Shown here piece after piece: positions 31,318-49,822 of a DNA stretch of 64,000 nucleotides. A program made the translations under genes and the position numbers. Source of the stretch: the human T2T-CHM13v2.0 reference genome, Homo sapiens; assembly GCF_009914755.1 (NCBI RefSeq), contig NC_060939.1. One strand, given 5' to 3'. The notes below the pieces were generated by a model. It was not told where the DNA came from. It saw nothing but the letters and a program-made list of their open reading frames with translations, and did not search any database. Numbering within the stretch: the first letter of the stretch is position 1; each line of letters opens with the position of its first letter.

Positions 31318-32211
31318 TCACCTGAGGCCAGGAGTTCGAGATCAGACTGGGCAACATGATGAAACCCCATCTTTACTAAAAATACAAAAAAAATTAGCTG
31401 AGTGTTGAGGCGCATGCCTGTAATCCCAGCTACTCAGGAGGCTGAGGCAGGAGAATCACTTGAACCTGGGAGGCAGAGGTTGTAGTGAGCCAAGATCGTG
31501 CCACTCTGCACTCCACCAGGAGTGACAGAGTGAGACTCTGTCTCAAAACATAAACAAAAAATGTACATATATGACTAAAGAAAATCCCAAAAGCCAATAA
31601 ATAAATATTTACATATATGGTATATAAACCTTCATTTGTCCTTGTGTCCTGGTTCCCAAAAATATAAAGGGTAAGTCTGCTCCTCTAATTCACTCCAATC
31701 TCAGTCCGAACACTGAACTTGTGTCTACCACAGGCCCAATCCTGCTGTTTGGGTGGAGTGCCTGACAGTGGGGGGAGAGAGGGAAGTAAAGTTTTTGGTA
31801 CCTCAAGCAAATGCCACCTTGTAATGAGGCTTTCTCCCTTTGGTCACCGGCCTGTACCCTATATTATTTGGAGTCTAGAAGGTCCAAGTTCTGAACAAGA
31901 TTACGCCCAGCTAAATTACATTAAAAAAAGGTCTAGCCCTCAATTTGAGGGCATCTAGGTATAACAGGATACTTCCTCCTGCCCCTGTGGTGGCTGATGA
32001 ACCCACTAGGGCCTGTAGTCATAGTCATTAGTCTCTCCCTCCCAGTCCCATCCACATGGAACACACAGGCTGCCAGGATCAATTCATGCCCCTTCTTTCA
32101 GCAAGCACTTTGCCTTGGGAGGAATGAGAGACATTGTTACTTTACTTTCCCTTGGGCAAGAGACTCTCCCTTTCCTTCTTACTGGGTCCAGGGATAACAA
32201 GAGTGGCATTA

Positions 32212-32738
<527 letters not shown>

Positions 32739-33795
32739 TCAAACCTAGAAAATCAATCTTTTTGTTATGCTGAAACAATGACCCCACATGACCCCAAATT
32801 ATTCCATGTTGCTCCAGATTTCTCCAAGGTTTGGCCAGAGGCCATTAATTATTGTTATAGTTATGCACTCAAGGGACTGAACCCTTCATTACTGTCAGAT
32901 AGCAGGATCATTAGGGGAGAGAGGGTATTTAAACTAAAATTCAAAGAGCCAAATTATGCACCCATATGGCACAAATTTACAAATTAAAAACATCCTTAAC
33001 CAGCTCTGGATGTTTCGTTTGCATTAGGGAGGCTTAAAATGGATGTCTTCACTGTGGACCCTGCCCTCTTTTTTTGTCCACTTCTCCTTCCCAAAGAGTA
33101 AAAACAGTGCACGCTTGTGTTATCTTGTGACTTAAACTTGTAGCTTGGCCGGGCGCGGTGGCTCACACCTGTAATCCCAGCACTTTGGGAAGCTGAGTCA
33201 GGCAGATCACTTGAGGTCAGGAGTTCATGACCAGCCCGGCCAACATGGTGAAACCCCATCTCTACCAAAATACAAAAATTAGCCTGGCACGGTGGTGGTC
33301 ACCTGTGGTCCCAGATACTCAGGAGGCTGTGGTGGGAGGATCACTTGAACCCAGGAGGTAAAGGTTGCAGTGAGCCAAGATGGCTTCACCGTACTCCAGC
33401 CTGGGTGACAGAGTGAGAACCTGTCTCAAAAAAATCCAAAAAACAAAAAAACCTTGCAGCCATAAATGTAAGCAGCTGATAAAGGGCAACAGAGGAAAAA
33501 GAATGGCATGAGAGAAACAAAGTTTGTGAAGTATTTTAAGACCCTTGGAAAAATATGAAGTCATTTTCAGCCACAATATGTCCACACACCAAAACAGCAG
33601 CTTGAACCAGATGAAATGTCATTTTGATAAGTCAAACAGTCAGATAGTGGCAATTTCACATGGTTCAACCTAATATATGTCTCTTCCCTCAAAATATTCA
33701 GTACCAACAAACCAAATAAATATGCCTCAGCCAGCCGAGTGCAGTGGATCACGCCTGTAATCCCAGCACTTTGGGAGGCCGAGATGGGCATATCA

Positions 33796-34635
<840 letters not shown>

Positions 34636-35072
34636 CCTTCTTATACTTTTAGTAATGTTTGGGTGGTGCAACAAATAATACTGAATAACTTCAAAAATAT
34701 TTCTCAAATCAGAAAATATACCAGTAAAAAGTTGTAAAGGAATAATTAAGCATGACTAGCCAGGCGCAGTGGCTCACGCCTGTAATCCCAGCACTTTGGG
34801 AGGCTGAGGCAGGTGGATCACGAGGTCAGGAGATTGAGAACATCCTGGCTAACATGGTGAAACTCCTCTCTACTAAAAGTACAAAAAATTAGCCTGGCAT
34901 GGTGGTGAGCACCTGTAGTCCCAGCTACTCGGGAGGCTGAGGCAGAATGGCATGAACCCAGGAGGCGGAGCTTATAGACTTCATCTCACAAAAAAAAAAA
35001 AAAAAAAAAGAATGACTAATATACATATAAAAGCATTTTCCACTTTAATAGTACTCAAAGAAACCCAAATAA

Positions 35073-35402
<330 letters not shown>

Positions 35403-36776
35403 TGATCTGCCTGCCTCCGCCTCCCAAAGTGCTGGGATTATAGACATGAGCCACCTCGCCCGGCCCTTTTCGTTTTGTTTTGTTTTTCTTGAGATGGAGT
35501 CATGCCCAGACTGGAGTGCAGGGGTGTGATCGTGGCTCATTGCAACCTCCACCCCCCCGGGTTCAAGCGATTCTCCTGCCTCAGCCTCTCGAGGAGCTGG
35601 GATTACAGGCACCCGCCACCATGCCTGGCTAATTTTTGTATTTTTAGTATAGATGGGGTTTCACCATGTTAGCCAGGCTGGTCTCGAACTCCTGATCTCC
35701 GGTGATCCACCTGCCTTGGCCTTCTGAAGTGCTGGGATTACAGGCGTGAGCCACCTTGCCCGGCCAGTACTGTTTTTTCAATTGTCAAACCGACAAAGTG
35801 TTGTGTTTATTTCCTGTTTTTATTTTAAAAATACAAATCTGCATCTTTCATCAAATATTAATGTATTTTAAATATTATTCCATATCTTTCATCATCTAAC
35901 GTTAGCAAGCTTTTGAGAACATGAGCAGTCTCCTGCCAAGCTGGCTAATGGGGTATGACCCTCACTGAAAGGCAGTTTTAGGTATTAAAAAGCTTGGAGT
36001 CTGCCATGACACCTGTCCCAGGAATTTTACTTCAGAAAATTTATTTTAAGGGGTTTACTGTGGATGTGCACCAACATTTACATTACAAACACATAAGAAT
36101 ATATATTACAATGATTGTATAATATTCACAAATCATAAATAATCTAAAAGTCCAACAGTAAAGTTAAATTAATTAGGGGATTATAACAGAATATTGTGGT
36201 CATTAAAATGATATTTTAGAATTCAATAATAACAAGGAAAAGTGTTTATAAGATATTAATTGAAACAGGAGATTATAAAACAGTATGTATAGTAATGATA
36301 CCAACTATGTAAATGTATGTGTGCAGAAAAAGGAGACTAGAAGGCAGGGCTGCCATGTCTCCTGTGTATATTGAGTTCTTAGAGGGAAGCTTAGCTAGGG
36401 AAGAGTGAAAGCAGGAATCAAGTTCACATTCCACAAGCCAAGTTATGCACCCTGAGTTCAGGGTTGCATACATCCAAAGCAAGGAGCACTTTTTTCTGAA
36501 TTGTTCAAAAGCACCAACTAGACTACTGTCAGCCCCACTGGATGGGCTGGAATTGTGACTGGTATGAATTTTCTTCTCCTAGTTAATCTGCCTTGCCTTT
36601 TTCATCTATAAATAAATATTACTTTTGCAAAGGAGAAAGTACCACTACTTTCAAAATACATCTTTTTACAAGTAGGCAATTGATAGTGGTTGAAGTGAGG
36701 CAATGGGAACATGGGGATTCACTGCACTATTCTCCTTTTTTGTGTTTGAGATTTTCTTATTTATTCATTTTTTTGA

Positions 36777-36995
<219 letters not shown>

Positions 36996-37127
36996 TGATC
37001 CACCCTCCTTGGCCTCCCAAAGTGCTGGCATTACAGGTGTGAGCCACTGCATCCAGCCTGTGTTTGAGATTTTCTATAACAAAAGTATCTTTTCTGACAT
37101 CCTCATGGACACAATATTTTATATAGC

Positions 37128-37221
37128 CTGCTTAATCTTGAAATATGAATCCATATCTTTCATCATAGCTGGAGCTTTGTTCAAAAGCTCTAAAAGACTT
37201 AGTCCAATGTCTGAAGAATCT
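37128..37221 (-). pseudogene. Exon remnant RDSSDIGLSLLELLNKAPAMMKDMDSYFKIKQ
   Basis: taatcttgtag| with a phase-2 start matching the upstream exon after a 114-nt intron; open frame; donor degenerate (cag|gctata). Confidence 0.6.
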
Positions 37222-37335
37222 CTACAAGATTAACTTCAAAGCTATGCTGCAGATATGAGGCTCTGATAATTTAACCTGGAATGTTTAAGCAAAATTAATA
37301 GAGATCTTTCAGACTCCAGAAAGCACTATATTTAC

Positions 37336-37441
37336 CTTAAGTATCCACTTAAAATCTAAGCCTCTGGGAGTTTTTCAATTTGCAAAAGATTAGTTGTTCT
37401 TGGTTGATAGTTCTGATTTGCAGCAGAAAAGTGTTTCAAGA
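37336..37441 (-). pseudogene. Exon remnant FLKHFSAANQNYQPRTTNLLQIEKLPEA*ILSGYL
   Basis: tttctgtgtctag| ... aag|gtaaat; 106 nt, phase 1->2, one TAG. Confidence 0.7.
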
Positions 37442-37490
37442 CTAGACACAGAAACTCTCTGCTTGTCTCCTTTTCCCTTTCTTCAAGTAA

Positions 37491-37721
<231 letters not shown>

Positions 37722-38006
37722 TAGCCGGGATGGTCTTGATCTCCTGACCTCGTGATCCGCCCGCCTTGGCCTCCCAAAGTGCTGGGATTACAGGCGTGAG
37801 CCACCGCACCTGGCTGATAAGTTGTTTATTTGACAATTATCAAAGACTAAATTGTCACTTTCTGAAATGCTTGCTTGAAATCCAGTCTTTCTAAGCAGTC
37901 TATTTGTCCCTCATGCTCCAACCAATAGCCATGGGAAAGTTTTTCCTCTCTTAACCAAATGTTGACTTGTTTATTGATTACTGTTTTTTTGTTTGTTTGT
38001 TTTTGA

Positions 38007-38165
<159 letters not shown>

Positions 38166-38299
38166 TAGTAGAGACGGAGTTTCACCATGTTGGTCAGGCT
38201 GGTCTCAAACTCCAGACCTGAGATGATCTGACCACCTCAGCTTCCCAAAGTGCTGGGATTACAGGCGTGAGCCACTGTGCCCGGCCTATTGATTACTGT

Positions 38300-39650
<1,351 letters not shown>

Positions 39651-39837
39651 CTATCTGCAGTTTCATCCAGGAAATTTTTGTTGTAGACTTTGGAATAGAC
39701 TTTGTTTAATAAATGGAAGGAAGAAAGAAGGGAGAAAAAAAGAGGGAAGGAAAAGTGAAAAAAGATTCTTAGCCTGTGCATGTTAAGTTGCACACTCTGG
39801 TTAATTTCTTTGTTCTTATTTTGAGGTTTCCTCTTAC

Positions 39838-39894
39838 AGTTGGCCAAAGATTTAGCTTCTTCAGTTTGACACCATTTGCCAGGAAAGATGTTTC
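39838..39894 (-). pseudogene. Exon remnant, fully open: GNIFPGKWCQTEEAKSLAN
   Basis: cttttcttgggcctaccag| ... t|gtaaga; 57 nt (3n), phase 1->1. Confidence 0.7.
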
Positions 39895-40070
39895 CTGGTA
39901 GGCCCAAGAAAAGGGCATAAAAAGAAACACTGAGTATATAAGATTACTTTTATGTGCCAGGAGATAATTGGCAGGGACACATGAAATTTGAAGGCATTTT
40001 TAGTAAATGTTACGAAACTCCAGCAGACAATCTAGAGCACTTCTCTGTCCCAACAGGAAGGGACATGTAC

Positions 40071-40184
40071 CTTGGGGTAAAACACTGACTGACATTATTA
40101 ACGTAAGGGTCTAGTTCAAAGGCAATGTTTTCGAAGAGTTTTGGGGGGTTATCCATTAATGTTTATTAAAGATTACCAGATCAT
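40071..40184 (-). pseudogene. Exon remnant DDLVIFNK/TLMDNPPKLFENIAFELDPYVNNVS/VLPQ
   Basis: tctctctgcctattagccag| ... aag|gtacat; 114 nt; inferred 1-nt deletion plus a visible 4-nt CAGT tandem duplication. Confidence 0.65.
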
Positions 40185-40455
40185 CTGGCTAATAGGCAGA
40201 GAGACGGAAATCATTTCCTTGGAGAGGATGAATTCACAAAGATCCATGAAGAGGAAAGGCCCTGGGGAAGGAGGGTAGGATGCTAGGGTGGGTGCAGGGG
40301 GAGGCTGGGAATGACAGTGGCAGCATGAAAGCCTAAAGTGCTGGTGGGAGGAGGAGTCTGTAGAAGGGGTACATTGTCAGAAGGAAGAAGTGATTTCATT
40401 TCCTTCATTGTCCCCCAATTTAAGTTTGGAGTTAGAATCTTTTTTTTTTTTTTAG

Positions 40456-40557
<102 letters not shown>

Positions 40558-40867
40558 TGAGTAGCTGGGAATACAGTCACGTGCCACCACGCCTGGCTAA
40601 TTTTTGTATTTTTAGTAGAGACAGAGTTTCACCATGTTGGCCAGAATGGTCTCGATCTCCTGACCTCGTGATCCGCCTGCCTCGGCCTCCCAAAGTGCTG
40701 GGATTACAGGAGTGAGACACCACACCCGGCCTGGAGTTAGAATTTTTCAAAGACATCCATGTTTTTTTCATCTTTCTATATATGATTCCTTAGATTGCCG
40801 TTGTTTCTGAAATGCTGAATTGTTTCTGACATGAGAATTGTTTCTGAAACGCTGAAGCTTGCCAAAC

Positions 40868-40960
40868 CTTGTTGGACCATTGCGAGATAATTAGCATTGT
40901 TGGAAAATGATATTTGCCGAGTAGTTTGTAAGCCAAACATCCCATCTTCAGAGTAACGGC
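40868..40960 (-). pseudogene. Exon remnant, fully open: GRYSEDGMFGLQTTRQISFSNNANYLAMVQQ
   Basis: ctcctgtcttgtag| ... aag|gtttgg; 93 nt (3n), phase 1->1, no stop. Confidence 0.7.
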
Positions 40961-42266
40961 CTACAAGACAGGAGTTGAGCAAACTGTATGGTAAGGGAAT
41001 TGCTGTGCTTCCTCCTTTCACTCTTGGTGCCTCCCACCCCTCAGTTATATTCAAACGCACAAAACACAGTGGCAGCAGTGGGACTACATCTAGTCCTCAA
41101 GGAGCTGCAGAATAGGAGTGGGAAATAGGCCGTGATTTCTACTCTGCCGTTGGTAGACCAAAAGGCAAACAATTACACTAAGGATAATTACACAATGCTG
41201 AGGGAGCACAGCGGAAAGGGCAAGGAGGGGATGAAAATAGAGTTTGCAGGAAAGAGAAAACTTGAGATGAAGATTACAAGGTTAATGGAAATTGCCAAAT
41301 GGTTTGAGGGGAGGGAGAATGTTCCAGGTGAACAAAGAGTACAGAAGTAAATGCAAGGAAGCTAAGCTTGTTGAGAGAACTGCAATAGTTCAGCATGGCT
41401 AGAAATTAGGGTGTTGTGGAGGCCTGACACGAGATGAAACTGGAGAAGGGAGCACAAAAACCCTGTATGTGCATTGAAGAGTCTATTGTATCTTAAAAGT
41501 GATAGGCAGCTATTTAATGTTTTAAGTAGGAAGTTTTATTTGCCTATTAATCAAACATTTATTGGTTTCCAATTGACCACCATGTGCCAGACTCTACACT
41601 AGATGTTAGAAAATCAAACAAGATTTTTTTAAAGAGGAGAAGAAAAGGTTTATAAGTAATAATTCCATAAATATAACTAGTGCTTAAAGGAAGCATTTAT
41701 GTACAAGGTGCAATAGGAATATAGAAGAAGGAGTTGCTTGTTCTGCCTGCCTCCTTCACAGAGCCTGGATAAAGTAAGAACTCTGTTCTGAAGGACAAAG
41801 TTTTCTAGGTGGATAGATAGTGCAAAAGGCACAGAGGTGCAAAAGAGATGAAAGAGCTCTGAGGCATATTCATAAATGAATCGGGGTCAAGTTATACAAT
41901 ATTTCTTGGCAGAATATAAATATTGATATATAAAAATCAGAGGGATCGGCCGGGCGCGGTGGCTCACACCTGTAATCCCAGCACTTTGGGAGGCCAAGGT
42001 GAGCAGATCATGAGGTCAAGAGATCAAGACCATCCTTGCCAACATGGTGAAACCCCGTCTCTACTAAAAATACAAAAATTAGCTGGGCGAGGTGGTGCAT
42101 GCCTATAGTCCCAGCTACTCAGGAGGCTGAGGCAGGAGAATCACTTGAATCTGGGAGGTGGGTTCAAGTCGCCAGGAGGCCTGGCGACAGAGTGAGACTT
42201 CATCTCAAAAAAAAAAATCAAAGGGATCACTCACTTCTAGTTACAAAATTATTTGAATCAATGTCA

Positions 42267-42684
<418 letters not shown>

Positions 42685-42687
42685 TCA

Positions 42688-42951
<264 letters not shown>

Positions 42952-43324
42952 TCAGTTTTGGAAAAAGATTCTATCCATGTCAGAGAAATTGTGCCCAAAA
43001 TAATTGTGTATGAACATAGTTATTACTAGCAGAGTATAATTTTCCTGGATCAGTGGATGGAAAGATTAAACTATGAACCATATATATGTGATTTACAAAG
43101 TCCTTGTGGAGTTGGATTCTAGTCGAAATGGGGAAGCACATGGACCTTCTCTTTCGGACCTTGCGTCCTCCTCTAATTGGGAGGGTTTATATGTTCCAAT
43201 TCCTCGTGAAGCCTCTCAGCTGCCCAAGGTCTCTCTGTGAAATTTTTGGCTCCCACAATACTTTCATCTTTGTTATCTTCACTTTGAAAGTGTAGATAAT
43301 TTTGATAATCTTTTCAAAATTTAC

Positions 43325-43364
43325 CTGTCATGTGTTTAACTCCCTCTCATTATTAATAGGCTGC
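43325..43364 (-). pseudogene. Micro-exon remnant GSLLIMR/GVKHMT
   Basis: tattttcccaaaccag| ... cag|gtaaat; 40 nt (39 after removing one G from a G run). Confidence 0.55.
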
Positions 43365-43612
43365 CTGGTTTGGGAAAATAGTTAAATGCTAAGACAGAAG
43401 GTTGTCCCAGAGATGCTACCTTTTTTTTTCTTTTCTTTTCTTTTCTTTTCCAAAACTGGTTTTGCTGTGTTGCTCAGGCTGATCTCAAACTCCTGGTCTC
43501 AAGAGAAGATGCTACATTTTAATAGGAAGGAATGAATTTTTAATGGTGGCATAAGTCAGAGGAAGAGATTTGGAGACATAGGGATCTTAAATGACCTTGT
43601 GTCTCTGTCTAC

Positions 43613-43835
43613 CTGATCTTGCTACTAAATAGAATAACAAATTTATTGTGAAAAATAAATTAATTGTGGAAAGAGAGCCAGATTATCTCAAAGGCAACAT
43701 ATATTAGTGAATCACAGTCATTGCCAGTTTCGGATTTTGTGTATAGTAAGGGCATAGGAACCCAATCAGGTTGGAAGGGCAGGCTTGAAGGTGCGTTTAC
43801 ATGGTAATTTACAACAAAATTGATAAAAGTATTCC
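43613..43835 (-). pseudogene. Exon remnant GNTFINFVVNYHVNAPSSLPFQPDWVPMPLLYTKSETGNDCDSLIYVAFEIIWLS/LSTINLFFTINLLFYLVARS
   Basis: acag| ... cag|gtagac; 223 nt; restoring a CT in a CT run gives 225 nt, phase 1->1. Overlaps track ORF 43660..43845. Confidence 0.65.
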
Positions 43836-44568
43836 CTGTCTCCATTAAAGAATAGGAGGGGGGGTTGCTGGTGGAGATTATTGAAGGGTACTAAACCACT
43901 CCTTAATTTTCCCTCCTTGGTGTCAGCTACATTAGCAGTCAGGTAGCATACATTGAGCACCTACTGTGTATATTTAATCCTTTTGTAACATGAATATGAG
44001 ATTTTTTCATATACAAGATTCTATGAAAATTTTGTGTTTGTCCATATTGAAACATGAGTTGGAACAACAGAAATCATCAATATAATCTGCTAATCATATT
44101 TGACACTTTTCTCATAAAAAGAAGAAAATATAAATCACTTGATCTTTTCCATACAGTCCAATTATGAAACAATGAAAAAGTCTACTTAAGAATTTTCCCA
44201 TAATCTAAATTATCACACTCCTAGACAGAGATATGTAAACAAGCTCATCCAGTCATCCCATTTTTCTCCATTCATATACAATACACAGACACTCCATTAC
44301 ATTCTGAAATATGCTCACCTATCTACAGAGGTACTGTGTAATCATAGAAATACCCAGTTCACACACTATTCTGACCCACAGAGAGGACACACATTCACAC
44401 TTACTACATGTTTACATACCTAATATACTCGCACCTCTGTGACAAAACTTTTTTAACAGTTTTGTTATAATTTGTTATATAAATGTAGGAAAAACAACCA
44501 GAATGGTATCGCCCTTTCATACATTTCTATCACAAAAAGAACCATTAAAAGTGATTTATACATTGTAC

Positions 44569-44717
44569 CTCTGTATTTGGCAGATTATAGAATGACATAC
44601 TGGGAGATTTAGAATTTAAAAATATTACAGAGATAAGATTATAAACTCCCAGTAACTATATAAAGAATCTCATCATCTAGTTAAAATTTCAAAAATCTTC
44701 CGCAAGATTTCTCACAG
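44569..44717 (-). pseudogene. Exon remnant CEKSCGRFLKF*LDDEILYIVTGSL*SYLCNIFKF*ISQYVIL*SAKYR
   Basis: tttgctttttaaatag| ... gag|gtacaa; 149 nt, phase 2->1, matching both neighbours; four TAA stops. Confidence 0.6.
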
Positions 44718-45164
44718 CTATTTAAAAAGCAAATTCAGATTGAGGAGAATGTTGTCTCATGACTGAGTAAAGTAGTGTTTCTTTCTTCAGGGGCAATCTG
44801 TGACCACCAGCATGAGAGTCACCATGAGCATTTAAAAATGCTTCTTGGGACTGGTTGCAGTGGCTCACGCCTATAATCCCAGCACTTTGGGAGGCCGAGG
44901 CGGGTGGATTGCTTGAGGTCAGGAGTTGGAGACCAGCCTGGCCAACATGGCAAAATCCCATCTCTACTAAAAACACAAAAATTAGCTGGGCGTGGTGGCA
45001 CACACCTGTAGTCGCAGCTACTCCAGAGGTTGAGGCAGGAGAATTGCTTAAACCCAAGAGGTGGAGGTTGCAGAAAGCTGAGATCGCTCCACTGCATTCT
45101 AGACTGGGCCACAGAGTGAGATTCTGTCTCAAAAAAAAAAATCTTCTTGGCTCCATCTCTTTAC

Positions 45165-45287
45165 CTACTGAGTGAAAACACCAGGATGGCTGTTATGCAT
45201 ACTTGAGGAAAGACACACTCATCTGTCTGCTAGATAACACAGGTACTCTGGCTCTCATCGGGCAGCTTAGCAACAAGCTGGCTCAGC
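45165..45287 (-). pseudogene. Exon remnant [39 protein letters not shown]
   Basis: tcctggtttctgccttag| ... ag|gtaaag; 123 nt (3n), phase 2->2, one stop. Confidence 0.7.
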
Positions 45288-45654
45288 CTAAGGCAGAAAC
45301 CAGGATTGATATGGAAAACTCCCCAGCTGATGGGTGTCTAAAAGCTTGTTACATATGGCCAGGCGCAGTGGCTCACGCCTGTAATCCCAGCACTTTGGGA
45401 GGCCGAGGTGGGCGGAACACCTGAGGTTGGGAGTTCGAGACCAGCCTGACCCACATGGAGAAACCCCATATCTACTAAAAATACAAAATTAGCCGGGCTT
45501 CGTGGCGCATGCCTGTAATCCCAGCTACTTGAGAATCGCTTGAACCTGGGAGGTGGAGGTTGCCGTGAGCCAAGATCGTGCCATTGCATTCCAGCCTGGG
45601 CAACAAGAGCAAAACTCTGTCTCAAAAAAAAAAAAAAAAAGCTATGTTACATAC

Positions 45655-45829
45655 ATAGACCAACACTATTTTAACCCCAATAGAAAAACTCCAAGTTTTC
45701 CAAATTGGCTGAGTGATCTCTGCTCCCTCCAAACTCCTTCATGGATAAGTGAAGTGGCAGTGAGTCTGATCTCTCTTCTGAAACACTTTCAAAGGTGCGT
45801 CCAGTCATATCAGCAGCGAACACAGCTTT
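45655..45829 (-). pseudogene. Exon remnant SCVRC*YDWTHL*KCFRREIRLTATSLIHEGVWREQRSLSQFGKLGVFLLGLK*CWS
   Basis: cccatag| ... |gtatgt; 175 nt, phase 1->2; two TGA and one TAG. Confidence 0.65.
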
Positions 45830-46674
45830 CTATGGGTTGGTGAGAGACTAGGGGATCCCATGCATTTGTTTAGCCCTGAGTTTGCAAGTTTTTGTTTTGG
45901 GCCTACACTGGGTGTTGTTGTGCTGTTTATTCAAGCCATGTATTGCTTGATAACATGGAAGTTTGAAAACCACCAGGCATGTATTATTTAATACATTTGC
46001 CAATGATTTGGAAGAAGTAAACACTCCATAAAAACATCACATTTCTATTCCCATAGATGACCTCATATTACTTGTTAGTTAGGAGTCACATAAAGGAGAA
46101 TAAATTGCAGAAATTTTTTTTAGAATTTTTTTCTCTTTTTAAAGACAAGATCTTGCTGTGTCGCCCACGCTGGAGTGCAGTGATGCAATCATGGCTCTCT
46201 GCAGCCTCAATCTCTTAGGCTCAAGCAGTCCTCCCACCCCAGCCTCCCATGTAGCTGAGACTACAGGCATGAGCCACTTCATACAACTTATTATTATTAT
46301 TATTACCATTGAGGCAGGGTCTCACTATGTTGCCCAGGCTGGTCTCAAACTCCTGTCTTCAAGATATTATACTGATTTGGCTTCTCAAAGTGCTGGGATT
46401 ACAGGTGTAAACCACTGTGCCCAGCCATAATTTTTTTAGAATTTTGACTTGAAGTATCTTCTTTAAATTATGTGCTTCCTTTAAAATATTACTACAGCTA
46501 AAACTTAATAGCTATTTTTTGTAAATATATAGAAAATACTTAAGTATGTGTGTTGATGTTATGATCTCAATTCAGTACATTTATAGCTCAACAGTTCCTA
46601 TGGTTGTTGAATGGGATTCTCTTTTTGCCAGTTAATGTTAATATGACAAAATTGCAGAGACAATTCATAAGAAG

Positions 46675-47035
46675 TTTATTTTTATTTTTATTTCAATAGT
46701 TTTTGGGGTACAGGTGGTTTTCAGTTACCTGGATAAGTTATTTAGTAGTGATTTCTGAGATTCTGGTGCACCCATCACCTGAGCAGTGTAAGGTGTGCCC
46801 AAAAGACTGCTATATGTAGTCTTTTATCCCTCTCATCCCTCTCCCTTCTCCTCCCAAGTTTCCAGAGTATGTTATATCATTCTTATGCCTTTACATCCTC
46901 ATAGTTTAGCTCCCACTTATAAGTGAGAACATATGATATTTGGTTTTTCATTTCTGAGTTACTTAGAATAATGGCCTCCAGCTCCAACCAAGTTGCTACA
47001 AAAGACATTATTTCATTCCTTTTTATGGCTGAGTT
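46675..47035 (-). mobile_element. L1PB-like 3' end fragment
   Basis: caatagtttttggggtacaggtggtttt...ggtgcacccatcacctgagcagtg...agctcccacttataagtgagaac. Confidence 0.8.
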
Positions 47036-47409
47036 CATAAAAAGATTAAGTAAGACTGGCCGGGCACAGTGGCTCACGCCTATAATCCCAGCACTTTGGG
47101 AGGTCGAGGCAGGCTGATTGCTTGAAGTCAGGAGTTTGAGACCAGCCTGGCCAACATGGTGAAAACCCATTTCTACTAAAAATACAAAAAAGTAGCCAGG
47201 CGTGGTGGCACATGCCTGTAGTCCTAGCTACTCAGGAGGCTAAGGCAGGAGAATCGCTTGAACCTGGGAGGCAAAGGTTGCAGTGAGCCTACATGGCGCC
47301 ACTTCACTCTAGCCTGGGTGACAGAGCAAGACTCCGTCTCAACAACAACAACAAAAAAAAAAAAAAAAAAAAGAAGAAGAAGAAGAGGATTAAGTAAGTC
47401 TTTGCTGAC

Positions 47410-47522
47410 CTCCATCAGTAGGTAAAAATTTTGTGTGATAGGCTCAAACACTGAAAACTTTCCCTTGTTGGGATAAAACCATGTGTATCTCCATTTCTAA
47501 TACTGTATCCCAAGTATCACAA
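47410..47522 (-). pseudogene. Exon remnant [36 protein letters not shown]
   Basis: ctctttctcacag| ... gag|gtcagc; 113 nt; one 1-nt frameshift gives a phase-1 end matching the next exon. Confidence 0.55.
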
Positions 47523-47875
47523 CTGTGAGAAAGAGCTACTAAAAGCAGGGAAGGTTCAGAAGAAGACAAAGTAATCAGTGAAATGGGGAACCCCTCAATA
47601 ACATACTAACCAGATTAAAACTCTAATTATCTTAAATGAAACAAACAAGGGCAGAGAGAAGACCTAACTGTAAAATTAAGAAGGGATAAAAAGTAAACAG
47701 AGTTGTTCATTAACTCATGAAATCATAGAATGAGAGGGCATCTCTTACCTTATTGAGGTAAGTTTAGTCCAGTTAGAGAGAAGTATAACTTCATATTAAA
47801 AAGTAAAACTCAGGCCAGGTGTGATAGCTCACGCCTTTAATCCCAGCACTTTGGGAGGCTGAGGTGGGTGGATTA

Positions 47876-48123
<248 letters not shown>

Positions 48124-48582
48124 TCAGCCAATGTGGTGGCTCACACCTGTAATCCCAGCATTTTTGGAAGCCAAGGCAGGAGGACTGCTTGAACCCAGGA
48201 GTATTCAAGACCAGCCTGGGCAACATAGTGAGTTTCTACCAAAAAAAAAAAAATTTTTTTTTAATTAGTCTGGCGTGGTAGTGCACGTCTATAGTCCCAG
48301 CTACTTGGGTGGCTGAGGTGGGAGGATTGCTTGAGCCCAGGAGGTCAAGGCTGCAGTGAACTGTGATTTTGCCACTACAGTCCAGTCTGGGTGACACAAC
48401 AAAACCCTGTCTCAAAAATATAAATAAATAAAAATCAATAAAATTTGTCCAGGTGTGGTGGCTCATGCCTGTAATCCCAGCATTTTGGGAGGCCGAGGTG
48501 GGTGGATTACCTGAGGTCAGGATTTTAAGAGCAGCCTGGCCAACATGGTGAAACCCCATCTCTACTAAAACTACAAAAATTA

Positions 48583-48789
<207 letters not shown>

Positions 48790-49625
48790 TCAATTTTTTT
48801 TATAAGTTAAGATAAACCAGTGGCTGATAGAGTCCTAGTGAAGCGCAAAGAGTGGTAAGTACCTAACCTTTGATGTTGATATCTAGGAGGACAGCCAAGA
48901 CTTGCCACCATTTTGTCTGGTGATGCATCCTCTAGAGATAAAGTGTTTAATGGGCCATGCAACTGGTCTGATATGGTGTTAAAGCAAAATAAGCAGAAGG
49001 CCATTAGCCTGGGGTTGTTTCTGCACCCAGAAACCTTACACAAGCAAACCAAAACTTAATTTAGAGGAATTCCTTGTAACTAATTAAAATTTTTTATCGA
49101 CTTTCTCTCAACTCTGTAGAATGCAGTGGAGATGCATAGAAAAAGTCTGAGACTATTTACACCTACTTTCTAAAAACAATTATCTCATCTTCCTTTCTCT
49201 TTTCTTCTTTGTTCCTAATTCCCTTACTTCCTGACCTTTCTTACTTTTCCCCTCTTCCCTCTGTCACCATTTTCTTGCTAATGTAAACTTAGTTTATCAT
49301 TGCCTGAAATCAGGAGTAAAGCCCAAATATTTAAAAAAAAAAAAAAAAAAAAAGCTGGAAGAGGCCTGCTATGGTGCTCACACCTGTGATCCCAGGGCTT
49401 TGGGAGGCCAAGGTGGGAGGATCACTTGAAGCCAAGAGTTCAAGGCTGCAGTGAGGTCTGATTGTGCCATTGCACTATAGCCTGGGTGACAGACAGAGAC
49501 CCTGTCTCTGGAAAAGAAAATCTGGAAGAGAATTGAAAAAAATTACTTGTGGGGCCAGGTGCGGTGGCTCACGCCTGTAATCCTAGCACTTAGGGAAGCC
49601 AAGGCAGGTGGATCACCTGAGGTCA

Positions 49626-49822
<197 letters not shown>

